A DNA stretch of 13,471 nucleotides from a virus (Duplodnaviria; Heunggongvirae; Uroviricota; Caudoviricetes). Below are positions 1-7,985 of this stretch, in pieces (positions within the stretch are counted from its first letter, which is position 1; each line of letters begins with the position of its first letter). Both the position numbers and the translations under genes were made by a program. Location: IMG/VR virus record IMGVR_UViG_3300029839_000128; one strand, given 5' to 3'. Under the pieces are notes generated by a model. The model saw nothing but the letters and a program-made list of their open reading frames with translations. It did not search any database and was not told the DNA's origin.

Positions 1-582
1 TTATTGAGGCTTGTTAAATCTGGTGCATTTACAATGGCCGTATGGATCACTGTATCTCAGCCAATAGCTGCCGACCTCCACTGTACGGCCACAGTTTTGG
101 CAGAGGCATTTCCATCTGGTTTCATTGCCGGCGATCCGAACATTCTTCACTGGCTCGATTACTTTGAGATAGCCAAATGTCTGCCCTGTAAGGTCGTGTT
201 TGAGCTGGAATTGGGAGCAGCCGCAAGATTTGGTTTTACCTTTTCTGAGACTGTCTGATAGGACGGATACTGTGCTCCCGCATTCACACTTACAAATCCA
301 CCTTGCTTTCCCGTTTTCAGTGGTAATATCTTTCTGGATTACTGTAAGTTTTCCATATACTTTGCCTGTCAAATCAATGAGGGTAGGAGATTGCTTATGC
401 CTCAAACACCCACATGACTTTGTACCATTTTCTTTGAGCAAATTAGTAGATGACACAACAACGGTATTTCCACACCCACATTGACAAAGCCACATGGGAC
501 GACCAGGCTTGCGATCTTCCACCCTTCGCAAGACAGTAAGAAAGCCGAATGTTCTACCAGATAAGTCAACGAGTTTTCCCAC
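1..582 (-). CDS. Protein made of three tandem 'DLxG..FG.L.V...W.C.C.CG...KSCGC' Cys-rich repeats (module usually found N-terminal to phage AP2/HNH proteins); putative Zn/DNA-binding protein
   Basis: Three repeats are visible (DLSGRTFGFLTV..WLCQCGCG..KSCGC; DLTGKVYGKLTV..WICKCECG..KSCGC; DLTGQTFGYLKV..WKCLCQNCG..HCKC). GTG at 582 follows a GGGAGG RBS and is in frame with the track ORF 1..600. TAA at 1-3. Confidence 0.8.
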   Translation of the reverse strand: MGKLVDLSGRTFGFLTVLRRVEDRKPGRPMWLCQCGCGNTVVVSSTNLLKENGTKSCGCLRHKQSPTLIDLTGKVYGKLTVIQKDITTENGKARWICKCECGSTVSVLSDSLRKGKTKSCGCSQFQLKHDLTGQTFGYLKVIEPVKNVRIAGNETRWKCLCQNCGRTVEVGSYWLRYSDPYGHCKCTRFNKPQ

Positions 583-596
583 AAAAATCCCTCCCG

Positions 597-1871
597 TCAA
601 GATATCTTGATTTTACCTTCAAGATTTGCAAAGGACTGTTTTTTCACTTCCTTGGTAGCCTCGGCATAGATATTCATAGTAGTTTCGATATCGGCGTGTC
701 CCATGATCTCCTGGATTGCTTTGATGTTCTTCTCGACTTCGCAATATCTGGTGCAGAATGTGTGACGGAGATTGTGGGCAGAGAAGTGGCGGATCAAAAC
801 AGGATCGCGGCCATCCTTATCGGCCTGAATAGTTTCGTCTTCAATATAAGCAGCACAAATGCGGTCAATGGCACGGTTGACGCTGTGGGGAGATAGCGGA
901 TCTCCATATCGATTTTGAAAGATGAACCCCGTATACCCATCCACAACAGATTCGTTAAAGCCAATGATTTCTTGTTTTGCCCATTCTGTACGCAATGCCT
1001 CTTTGACTTCTGCCAGCATTGGGACAATGCGAATGCCGGCTTCTGTTTTCGGCGTTTCAATATGGAAACGAGATTTGGATTCGCCATCATACTTTCTGTA
1101 CACCATGTTGTGGTTGATGCTGATGATTCCATCTTCAAAGTCGCAGTCTTCCCAGCGTAGGCCAATAATTTCTCCAATACGGCAACCAGTTCCAAGCAGG
1201 ACGGTAAATAGCGGAAGCCAGTGGTTGTAGATTTTGCTCTGTTTGATATAATCGATGAAAGCTGCCTGCTCTGCTTTGGTAAGAGCGTGTCGTTTTGGTT
1301 TTTCCCAATTATTACTCCTTTTGATTTCCGCCATTGCGCCGGTGGCAGGATTGATGCGGATATAACCGTCACGCACGGCCATCGTAAAAACGGGGTGAAT
1401 GATAGTGTGAATAATCTCCATGGAGTTTGGCTTAAATCCCCGTTCTCTGATAAGGCGGTTATAGTAAGCCTTGACATCTGAATACTTAATACTTGAGATT
1501 TTCTTTTTGCCAATATCATCCTGGACATATTTCTTATACATATAGAGATAGTTGGCGCGGGTGGACTGTTTCAGCTCTGGCTTGTTGGAGATATAGAGGT
1601 TGAATAGGTCGTTCAGAGTTGCCTTGTTTTCTACGACTGCTTTGATACCATCTTCAAGATCACGGACGATTTTTCGTTCCTTTTCTCTAAGGCTTAGATC
1701 ATCCTTACAACCAGGAGGGAGGCGGTCAGTTGGAACGAGCCGTCTACTGTATACATCATGCCGTTTTCCATCGGCGTCGGTATAGGTAAAACGATAGCTG
1801 CCGTCCTTGCGTTGAGTCTCGCCGTCTTTTAAGATCCTGCCTTTGTTGTCAGTTCGTTTCTGGCCGGCCAT
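597..1871 (-). CDS. int: Tyrosine recombinase/integrase, Tn916-like with N-terminal arm-binding domain
   Basis: N-terminus KRTDNKGRILKDGETQRKDGSYRFTY. Catalytic motifs TGCRIGE (R), TPKT (K), HNLRH (HxxR), MGH and NIYAE (Y). AAGGAG RBS upstream. Confidence 0.96.
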   Translation of the reverse strand: MAGQKRTDNKGRILKDGETQRKDGSYRFTYTDADGKRHDVYSRRLVPTDRLPPGCKDDLSLREKERKIVRDLEDGIKAVVENKATLNDLFNLYISNKPELKQSTRANYLYMYKKYVQDDIGKKKISSIKYSDVKAYYNRLIRERGFKPNSMEIIHTIIHPVFTMAVRDGYIRINPATGAMAEIKRSNNWEKPKRHALTKAEQAAFIDYIKQSKIYNHWLPLFTVLLGTGCRIGEIIGLRWEDCDFEDGIISINHNMVYRKYDGESKSRFHIETPKTEAGIRIVPMLAEVKEALRTEWAKQEIIGFNESVVDGYTGFIFQNRYGDPLSPHSVNRAIDRICAAYIEDETIQADKDGRDPVLIRHFSAHNLRHTFCTRYCEVEKNIKAIQEIMGHADIETTMNIYAEATKEVKKQSFANLEGKIKIS

Positions 1872-1923
1872 GGTGTTCTCTCCTTTCGTAAGATTTAAGG
1901 AAATAAATTCACTCTACAATTAC

Positions 1924-1952
1924 ATGATAAAGCATTGAGCGAAATCCGTCAA
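1924..1952 (-). promoter_or_regulatory. Putative sigma-A promoter for the integrase
   Basis: Minus strand TTGACG (1952-1947), 17 nt spacer, TATCAT (1929-1924). Confidence 0.55.
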
Positions 1953-1991
1953 GTGATAAAATCGCTTAAAAGTTACTTTTGAAATTTGACA

Positions 1992-2020
1992 TTGATTTTA
2001 TTCTCGCATTAGTTTACAAT
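1992..2020 (+). promoter_or_regulatory. Putative sigma-A promoter for the HTH regulator, divergent from the int promoter
   Basis: TTGATT (1992-1997), 17 nt spacer, TACAAT (2015-2020). An extra TTGACA lies at 1986-1991. Confidence 0.55.
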
Positions 2021-2044
2021 TAAGATAATAAGGGAGGGAAGCCC

Positions 2045-2254
2045 ATGATGACAGAGAAGATCCGCATTGCTTTAATCAAGCAGAATAAGAATGTTAAAGA
2101 CCTTGCTGCCGCCATAGGCTGCACCTCTCAAAATCTGAGCGGAAAGTTCAAGCGGGACAACTTCAGCGAAAAGGAATTGGTGGAGATCGCTGAGGCGCTT
2201 GGATACCGATACGAAGGTAAGTTCATCAACAAAGAAACCGGGGAAGAGATATAA
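2045..2254 (+). CDS. Small Xre/Cro-type helix-turn-helix transcriptional regulator
   Basis: HTH pattern NVKDLAAAIGCTSQNLSGKFKR..FSEKELVEIAEALG; GGAGG RBS; 69 aa; no peptidase domain. Confidence 0.88.
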   Translation: MMTEKIRIALIKQNKNVKDLAAAIGCTSQNLSGKFKRDNFSEKELVEIAEALGYRYEGKFINKETGEEI

Positions 2255-2283
2255 AACATATGTTCGAGTTCTAAAGCTTTATA

Positions 2284-2310
2284 AACGGGGTGCGCTGCAC
2301 CCCGTTATTT
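2284..2310. terminator. Hairpin between convergent genes; probable (bidirectional) intrinsic terminator
   Basis: AACGGGGTGC-GCT-GCACCCCGTT perfect 10 bp stem (2284-2306) with A/T-rich flanks. Confidence 0.7.
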
Positions 2311-2643
2311 ATTAGAACTCAATGTCCAGTTGTGCAAATCTGCGTTTGCCGCCTCTTGTGTAGCTGCCATGTATTGCCATGAATGAGTTACATTTTTGGC
2401 ATTGGCAAGCAGACGCGAAACAAATCTCCCGTTTGATGAGAAACCTCCAAGCTTATCTAAGTGATTCCTTTGGAACGATACAATATCTTCTTCCGTAACA
2501 GACGGGTCAAACTCGATCCAAAACATAGATAGATTCGTTCTATTATGACCCTGACATGACATATGCGTTGGGAGTCCATTTTCATTAAAGAACTTCACCA
2601 TAGGTATCACACCAGGGTCAATAGTTCCTGTAATAGCGCTCAT
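2305..2643 (-). CDS. Hypothetical protein with 'IDP..V..FN..G..T..SCQGH' motif (reminiscent of the TYW3-like N-terminal motif)
   Basis: Open frame; ATG at 2643 follows AGAGGG. The family resemblance rests on the motif only. Confidence 0.7.
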   Translation of the reverse strand: MSAITGTIDPGVIPMVKFFNENGLPTHMSCQGHNRTNLSMFWIEFDPSVTEEDIVSFQRNHLDKLGGFSSNGRFVSRLLANAKNVTHSWQYMAATQEAANADLHNWTLSSNK

Positions 2644-2657
2644 AAATAACCCTCTAA

Positions 2658-2686
2658 TTGACAAACAATGCTTGAGTTCATAAAAT
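2658..2686 (+). promoter_or_regulatory. Near-consensus sigma-A promoter for the small zinc-finger ORF
   Basis: TTGACA (2658-2663), 17 nt spacer, TAAAAT (2681-2686). Confidence 0.75.
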
Positions 2687-2717
2687 AAAAGTATCTTAGG
2701 TTAAGGAGGTGGAGATC

Positions 2718-2843
2718 TTGGCGGAAATGATGACTTGTCCGATTTGTGGTAAGCAGTTCCCCGCAGAAGAATATCAGATTCTTGATAATGGGAACCCTGC
2801 TTGCCCGGAGTGCTGGAAGAACGAACAGGAAACCGAAGAATAG
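2718..2843 (+). CDS. Small 41 aa CxxC...CxxC zinc-finger protein (not in ORF track)
   Basis: AAGGAGGT RBS at 2703-2710, 7 nt spacer, TTG start. Translation MAEMMTCPICGKQFPAEEYQILDNGNPACPECWKNEQETEE*. It has its own promoter and terminator. Confidence 0.78.
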   Translation: MAEMMTCPICGKQFPAEEYQILDNGNPACPECWKNEQETEE

Positions 2844-2855
2844 GCTATATCTTTG

Positions 2856-2885
2856 ACTCTCCCATTTTTAGTGGGAGAGTTTTTA
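2856..2885 (+). terminator. Rho-independent terminator after the small zinc-finger ORF
   Basis: ACTCTCCCAT-TTTTA-GTGGGAGAGT stem-loop (2856-2880) followed by TTTTAT. Confidence 0.75.
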
Positions 2886-2890
2886 TCTAC

Positions 2891-3262
2891 TCATAAGATG
2901 GTAGCAGCCGTAATTACCATTTGCGCCATATGTACAAGCTGATCATGCCATAGATTTATCTTCTTTCTATTTGCTTTCAAATTGTCTGTTAGTGCATGAA
3001 TGCAAACATTAAGCAGAAAGAGTATAAGAAAAACCCCTGAGATGTTGAACGACATAGCAACAGCGATAGGGAGCATAATCATAAATGCCCAACTGAAACT
3101 GTGCATTAGGAGCGCCCAGATGTAGTCGTATTTGTATAGGGGCTGCGGGGCATTTTCTTTCCACCATTGCTTTTGCTTTGCAGAGGCCAGCCAACCTTGG
3201 AGGTAGTAGTCATCAACGATATGGAAGAAAATCATCCACAGAACGATAAAGGCTTTGCTCAT
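2891..3262 (-). CDS. DUF3307-like membrane protein
   Basis: Hydrophobic helices with H..DDYYLQ, H...Y/W, H..TD..K and DQLVH motifs. Confidence 0.8.
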   Translation of the reverse strand: MSKAFIVLWMIFFHIVDDYYLQGWLASAKQKQWWKENAPQPLYKYDYIWALLMHSFSWAFMIMLPIAVAMSFNISGVFLILFLLNVCIHALTDNLKANRKKINLWHDQLVHMAQMVITAATIL

Positions 3263-3993
3263 AGCTTAAACCTCCTACAAGCACTACTGATGTCGATGTA
3301 ATCTCCGGGTTTTAGAGAGGGAAAGAGGGTATTATTGATGTCGGCAATCCAGCCATTTTCACTATTGCCAATACCTACAATATCGCTGTTCTTGATACGC
3401 TCTATATACTCCGCAGCAGGGAACAAATTCTTAATCGCCTTAATAGCTTCAATTTCCATATCAGAAAGTGAAACCGTTTTTGCGATGCGTTCTGGGTGGT
3501 TAATGATCTGACATAAAGCCTCTGCTGGGAGCCTCCCTTCGGCGCTTACAATATTGCCATTCTCATCTATATGGCAGATTCGCGTTGTCTTTATGGAATG
3601 AGATGTATATGTGATGCAAAATTTCTCTCCTTGCCCTACTCCGAGCACATCACAAATTCTTGGCGGCTTAATATTGCACTGGTCATCGTACAGATGAAAT
3701 TCCCCAGTTACAGTACATTTAACCTTTGGCGGATTGCTGGTATAGCATATACCGTCTGTTTTATTGCATTGACCACAAAGCTTTGGCATTGCCTGTTTTT
3801 CACTCCATTCTTTCAGCTCTTTACAGGTGTCGTTGCAAACTTCAATTCCATTTTCGTTTGCAGTTCCCCAGCCGTGATCACACCCATCACACGGATGCTT
3901 GTCTCTTAGAAGGTATTCTGGTTTGCTGGCCGGACACTCTCCGCATGAGAGCGTTTCGTATGTCCCGCAGCCACCGGATTTATAACAAGGCAT
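3259..3993 (-). CDS. Hypothetical protein: Cys-rich N-terminus plus C-terminal 'PRIC...FPSLKP' domain
   Basis: GAGGTG RBS and TAATG overlap with the upstream stop. Several CxxC pairs in aa 1-106; PRICDVLGV from aa 111. Confidence 0.85.
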   Translation of the reverse strand: MPCYKSGGCGTYETLSCGECPASKPEYLLRDKHPCDGCDHGWGTANENGIEVCNDTCKELKEWSEKQAMPKLCGQCNKTDGICYTSNPPKVKCTVTGEFHLYDDQCNIKPPRICDVLGVGQGEKFCITYTSHSIKTTRICHIDENGNIVSAEGRLPAEALCQIINHPERIAKTVSLSDMEIEAIKAIKNLFPAAEYIERIKNSDIVGIGNSENGWIADINNTLFPSLKPGDYIDISSACRRFKL

Positions 3994-4814
3994 TAGGTAT
4001 CACCTCGCATATTTGAGATATCTCTGCTATGACTTTCTTGCCACCCAGGATGTCTCCAATAGCAATACAGACATTGATGATCGCATGGATGTTTTTGATT
4101 GAGCAGTTCAACTTTACCAGAGTAACACATACAATTTTTTCTCTGGAATCCGTATTGATCTGCACTTTCATCATGCAGCCCCAGTAGATTTAAGTCGTAT
4201 GAGGAAATGCAGCCGCATTGAATAGCCGCTGTTAATTCAGGTTCTGCGCACGACTCGATCCGAATACCATCTAACGGCTTTGAGCTGGAGAAGTATGATT
4301 TTACATCTCGGAGCATCTGGTCAACTTGGGCAATCTGCTGTTTGTCTGGAGCAAAACCATTTTCTCCATAGGGAAGAGGTAGGCCAGCATTCTTAAATCT
4401 CCTTCTGACATGAGGGTACATATCAATCAAACTGATTCTGAACCTGTTAAATCCATGATCGATAAATGTCAGAAAGACATTTTTTGCTGTGTCAATACCT
4501 TTCTTTGTGGGGATAATTGGATCAATCCTTATAACAATTTTGCTTTTAGGGAACCCATCATTGATAAGCGCAGTTATAGCACCAAATTCGTCATATGGCT
4601 CTGGGACAAATGGTTCCAAAACAGAATGACCAAAGCCAGTGAATGTTGCATGGATGATTACCATATCCTTATATTTGAGTGCTGCATCGTAAAAATCTGG
4701 TGAGACACATTTCGTTATAAGAATTGCGCCGTCAACCTGGTTCATTTTACTTGTCCAGGAAAGGTCGAGTCCTGCGTCGCCGGCCTCGGTTATCCCGATT
4801 TTGTATTGTGCCAC
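3993..4814 (-). CDS. DUF1848-like protein (radical-SAM/spore-photoproduct-lyase-related, C-terminal CxxxCxxC)
   Basis: Motifs ITK, TFTGFG..LEPFVP, RIDPII, ESCAE, GCI, QRKNCMC and C-terminal CDHQCLYCYW; GTG start. Confidence 0.75.
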   Translation of the reverse strand: MAQYKIGITEAGDAGLDLSWTSKMNQVDGAILITKCVSPDFYDAALKYKDMVIIHATFTGFGHSVLEPFVPEPYDEFGAITALINDGFPKSKIVIRIDPIIPTKKGIDTAKNVFLTFIDHGFNRFRISLIDMYPHVRRRFKNAGLPLPYGENGFAPDKQQIAQVDQMLRDVKSYFSSSKPLDGIRIESCAEPELTAAIQCGCISSYDLNLLGLHDESADQYGFQRKNCMCYSGKVELLNQKHPCDHQCLYCYWRHPGWQESHSRDISNMRGDT

Positions 4815-4821
4815 TTTGTAA

Positions 4822-5196
4822 TCACCGTCCTAACTGCTCAAAATAGAATTTGACTGGGTGGGGAGTAGGAGTGACCAGGCCAAAACGAACAGCATTTTTA
4901 TATGTAACGCTGTCACGCATGAGAACAGCCGGCATATTTTCTACCATTTTGCGGAACCCTTCTAAAGTGGATCTGCTTTTGTAGTGGTTGCAGCTCCTAC
5001 AGGCGGGAAGCATATTGTCCAGCGTATCCTCTCCTTGCTCTGACCAACCATTGATAGGGATAACATGGTCAACCTGCATATCCTTGTATTCCAGCTCACA
5101 CCCACAATAAGCGCAGTGCCCATTTGCCTTTTTATAGACCGCCATGCGCTCATCTTTGGTTAGTTTTCGACGCCGGCCACCTACTTTATCGAGCAT
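4822..5196 (-). CDS. HNH endonuclease (small, CxxC-flanked)
   Basis: CAYCG...QVDHVIP...DNMLPACRSCNHYKS. Confidence 0.92.
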   Translation of the reverse strand: MLDKVGGRRRKLTKDERMAVYKKANGHCAYCGCELEYKDMQVDHVIPINGWSEQGEDTLDNMLPACRSCNHYKSRSTLEGFRKMVENMPAVLMRDSVTYKNAVRFGLVTPTPHPVKFYFEQLGR

Positions 5197-5208
5197 AATA
5201 AAACCTTC

Positions 5209-5565
5209 TTAATCAAATGTTTTCAGATCTTGTATGGGAAACAAATTATGAGCGATCATATCATATGGCTCATCTTCCCATGAAATTTGGATTGGACAAT
5301 CTGAGACGGGAGCGCATATTTGCCGACCATTTAGCCTGTAGTATGTTATGTTTGCCCAGTGGTCTCTATATCTCTTCCACTCTTTGTCCGATGAATTGAA
5401 ATGTACTTTTGGAGCTAAGAAACAATCGGCAATTCGCCAATACCCAACAGTATAGGCTGGTTGAACTCGGACTGGTGGTTTTTCATGCGCCCATACCTGG
5501 CCTGATTCATCACATACCAGATAACGCAATCCCCACGAACGTAGCTTGTTTATATTAAATTTCAT
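5209..5565 (-). CDS. Hypothetical phage protein
   Basis: ATG at 5565 (MKFNINKL), 1 nt after the upstream stop, with AAGGTG RBS. Motifs YLVCDESG..WAHEKPP and ISWEDEPY. Confidence 0.75.
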   Translation of the reverse strand: MKFNINKLRSWGLRYLVCDESGQVWAHEKPPVRVQPAYTVGYWRIADCFLAPKVHFNSSDKEWKRYRDHWANITYYRLNGRQICAPVSDCPIQISWEDEPYDMIAHNLFPIQDLKTFD

Positions 5566-5566
5566 T

Positions 5567-6406
5567 TTACACCTTAGCAATCGAAGAAAGGGTTGCGCTT
5601 CGTTCAGGTTTGAGTGTAGGAAATGCACCCTTGCGTAAGTAAATAATCTTCCCATCTACTTTAAGCGTTGTCATATCGCCAACCTGTTTGAGTTCCCCAT
5701 CGCCAATAGTTTCAAGTAAATTTTGTGCTCTATTCATTTCCTCGGTTGTCCAATGAGGAAGGTGAATGATTTTTTCGGGGAAGTTAATAAGCGTTGGGAC
5801 GCACATTTTTATATCCCCATCGCTACATTTTATAAATCCAGATTCCGTAATCCTGAAGCTACAACTCATTCCGGGATAAGTAAACTCCTCCCCAATTTCG
5901 ACTCCCAGAATTTCACAAATTCTTGGATTATTCAAATTCGACACCTTCTTTTCTTGATTTACAAACGACCACTCATAAACTTGAGTCGGATCGTCCAGTG
6001 TTGTATAACAAAGCGCTCCGCCATAGTATTTACCTGGTTTGTGGTTACATCGACCGTCTGTATTCCCGCAAATAGAACAAGTCTGTGTATTCACGGCGCA
6101 TCCGATATTGACTTTATATCTTTCTCCAAGTTCAATTTGCCGGATCAGTTCTTCAGTCTCACAGGTTCTCGGAATTGTTGCCGTTGCTTTCAGCCATTTA
6201 TAATGTTCGTGCGTGGTAGCCCATCGATCTTCTTCCTCTACCACCTCGACAAATACAATTTTTGAAAGTTGACTATCACCAATATAACCGGCTTTACCAA
6301 TAAATAGCTGTGCAAGCCGATCAAGACAATTAGATGAAAAGCGCTCGTTGTCTTGATCAATTTCGTTGTCGCAAATTTTCATAGTGAATGTGTAATCTTT
6401 GTTCAT
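5567..6406 (-). CDS. Fusion protein: N-terminal prohead-protease-like domain (apparently degenerate) plus C-terminal 'PRIC...FPTLKP' domain
   Basis: CDNEID.D.ERF..L..LA.LF.GK, V(N)IGC..CSICG..C.H, YEWSFV in aa 1-150; PRICEILGVE from aa 161; GAGGGG RBS. Confidence 0.75.
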   Translation of the reverse strand: MNKDYTFTMKICDNEIDQDNERFSSNCLDRLAQLFIGKAGYIGDSQLSKIVFVEVVEEEDRWATTHEHYKWLKATATIPRTCETEELIRQIELGERYKVNIGCAVNTQTCSICGNTDGRCNHKPGKYYGGALCYTTLDDPTQVYEWSFVNQEKKVSNLNNPRICEILGVEIGEEFTYPGMSCSFRITESGFIKCSDGDIKMCVPTLINFPEKIIHLPHWTTEEMNRAQNLLETIGDGELKQVGDMTTLKVDGKIIYLRKGAFPTLKPERSATLSSIAKV

Positions 6407-6762
6407 ATGTGGCTCCCCTCAGAAAGTTTCGTACCACAGTATCTACAATATTTTGCAAGAGGATCTATGTTATCAAGTCGGTGACAATTTGGGCATACAC
6501 CATTACCCTTGTCACACAAAATACGATGAGAATTATCATCAAAATACTTCTCCCATTGATCCGTAGTAGAGCTTGTATAATTGATGTCGATATTGTCATC
6601 CCAGTCTACATGAGCGCCAACTTTTTCGTTGGCAAAGTGAGTAACACAACTGGTAGATATGCCATCAAGAGCATCGTCTTTAATAAGCCTCTTGATCTCG
6701 TTCAAGGAAAGATTTTCTTCCAGGTCACACACATATAGCGTCATTTTATAAAGTTGTGCCAT
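6403..6762 (-). CDS. Hypothetical protein with C-terminal zinc ribbon
   Basis: ATG at 6762 (MAQLYK) with AAGGAG RBS; CPNC...CRYCG near the C-terminus. Confidence 0.8.
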   Translation of the reverse strand: MAQLYKMTLYVCDLEENLSLNEIKRLIKDDALDGISTSCVTHFANEKVGAHVDWDDNIDINYTSSTTDQWEKYFDDNSHRILCDKGNGVCPNCHRLDNIDPLAKYCRYCGTKLSEGSHI

Positions 6763-6916
6763 TACTGTTCTCCTTATCATCAACATTGCAGAAAGGACAT
6801 CGGTGAGAGCAAAACCTAATGCTTCCATCTAACTGACATATGCCGCAGCCCTCTCCGTATTTGTTCATAACCCATTGTTCACTATTCCAGAAAGAGCAAT
6901 TTCCACATTCGCCCAT
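6746..6916 (-). CDS. Small Cys-rich hypothetical protein (56 aa)
   Basis: ATG at 6916 (MGECGNC) with AGAGGG RBS; CGNC, CGIC, CSHRCPFC. Confidence 0.65.
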   Translation of the reverse strand: MGECGNCSFWNSEQWVMNKYGEGCGICQLDGSIRFCSHRCPFCNVDDKENSNGTTL

Positions 6917-6933
6917 AATCAATCCCTCTTTAT

Positions 6934-7164
6934 TCAAAACAGATAATATAAAAAGGCTTTCAACGTGCGCTTCCATTTTCCATTAACATATTCATAACCA
7001 TTCACATAGATATGATTGTTAATAATAGTAGTTGTAGTGCGTAAGCCACGTCTGCCCGGAGGGGGAGGGATTATTTTACCGTTAAGCTGGATATAACCCC
7101 GATTAACGATACAGGTTGATGCTTCGCCAACTTCAATTTTAGAACGATTGATGAAGCTATTCAT
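6934..7164 (-). CDS. Hypothetical protein
   Basis: ATG at 7164 (MNSFINRS), 7 nt from AAGGAG; fills the operon gap. Confidence 0.7.
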   Translation of the reverse strand: MNSFINRSKIEVGEASTCIVNRGYIQLNGKIIPPPPGRRGLRTTTTIINNHIYVNGYEYVNGKWKRTLKAFLYYLF

Positions 7165-7432
7165 TTTCATTCTCCTTTTCGGCGTATCCCTCCAGATCAT
7201 CCAAGATCTTGCCAACCAGATCTAAGGCGTCTATCTGCCCTCTGTCACTCTGGTACATCCACTCGCTGCCACAGGAAAGAGAGATGGTGCCATGTTTTTC
7301 AATATATGTGCAGATACGTTCAAGGATTTTGGCGGCGTCCAACACGGCTTCACTGAACTTACCGGGATCGTCGATACCGTTGTTGACACAGAAGATAAGA
7401 TAATCATGCAGATCTGTTCTCAATTTGCTCAT
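7157..7432 (-). CDS. Hypothetical protein
   Basis: ATG at 7432 (MSKLRTDL) with GAGGAGG RBS. The longer track start overlaps the HNH gene. Confidence 0.75.
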   Translation of the reverse strand: MSKLRTDLHDYLIFCVNNGIDDPGKFSEAVLDAAKILERICTYIEKHGTISLSCGSEWMYQSDRGQIDALDLVGKILDDLEGYAEKENENE

Positions 7433-7955
7433 AATAAACCTCCTCAATCCGGGTAAGGTATAATGCTTGTTGCGGAGCAAAGTCTCCAAACAACTCAACC
7501 TCTTTTTTGAGGCGGGCTGATATAGCAGCTTCTTTGCTTTCAAAACGACCAATGAAGAGTTTTTTGCGATTGATTGTAATACTGGCCGTCCACTTATTTC
7601 TTCGTTTATCAAAAGATACGCCAATCACACCAGAGGTGTTTGTAGAACATAAACCTCGATTTCGGTTATTTTCAGTATAACTACAACAGCGAAGATTAGT
7701 TTTTCTGTTGTCGTAACGCTTGCGATTTTTATGATCAACGTATTCATCGGGGGCGGCGTGCATAACAATTCGGTGAAAGCGAACAATGCGTCGGAGGCCG
7801 GCATAAAAATAGCTGCTGGTAAGATATCCACCTTTGTCAACATACCAGTTAGTACGGCTTTGAATAATCCGAAGGTCTTCGATATCAAAAAAGAACTCGT
7901 TTGTGCCGATATATAAAACGCCATATGTATCAAAGAGTTTCACATTGTTCGCCAT
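7404..7955 (-). CDS. HNH homing endonuclease with C-terminal AP2 domain
   Basis: FHRIVM...VDHKNRKRYDNRKTNLR...ENNRN (HNH_3 type) followed by NTSGVIGV....KWTASI.....IGRF...EAAI (AP2). ATG at 7955 after GAGGTG. Confidence 0.92.
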   Translation of the reverse strand: MANNVKLFDTYGVLYIGTNEFFFDIEDLRIIQSRTNWYVDKGGYLTSSYFYAGLRRIVRFHRIVMHAAPDEYVDHKNRKRYDNRKTNLRCCSYTENNRNRGLCSTNTSGVIGVSFDKRRNKWTASITINRKKLFIGRFESKEAAISARLKKEVELFGDFAPQQALYLTRIEEVYYEQIENRSA

Positions 7956-7985
7956 TGGTCTACACCTCAAATATTGCTAAGCTTG

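Noticed and set aside
794..1528. 244 aa alternative-frame ORF inside the integrase
   Set aside because: Fully nested in int with no recognisable domain; treated as incidental.
1872..2310. attP/attL site near the integrase
   Set aside because: No tRNA fragment, core repeat or boundary to host genes is identifiable in the window.
5723..6265. 180 aa plus-strand ORF
   Set aside because: Shadow frame of 5567-6406; no motif.
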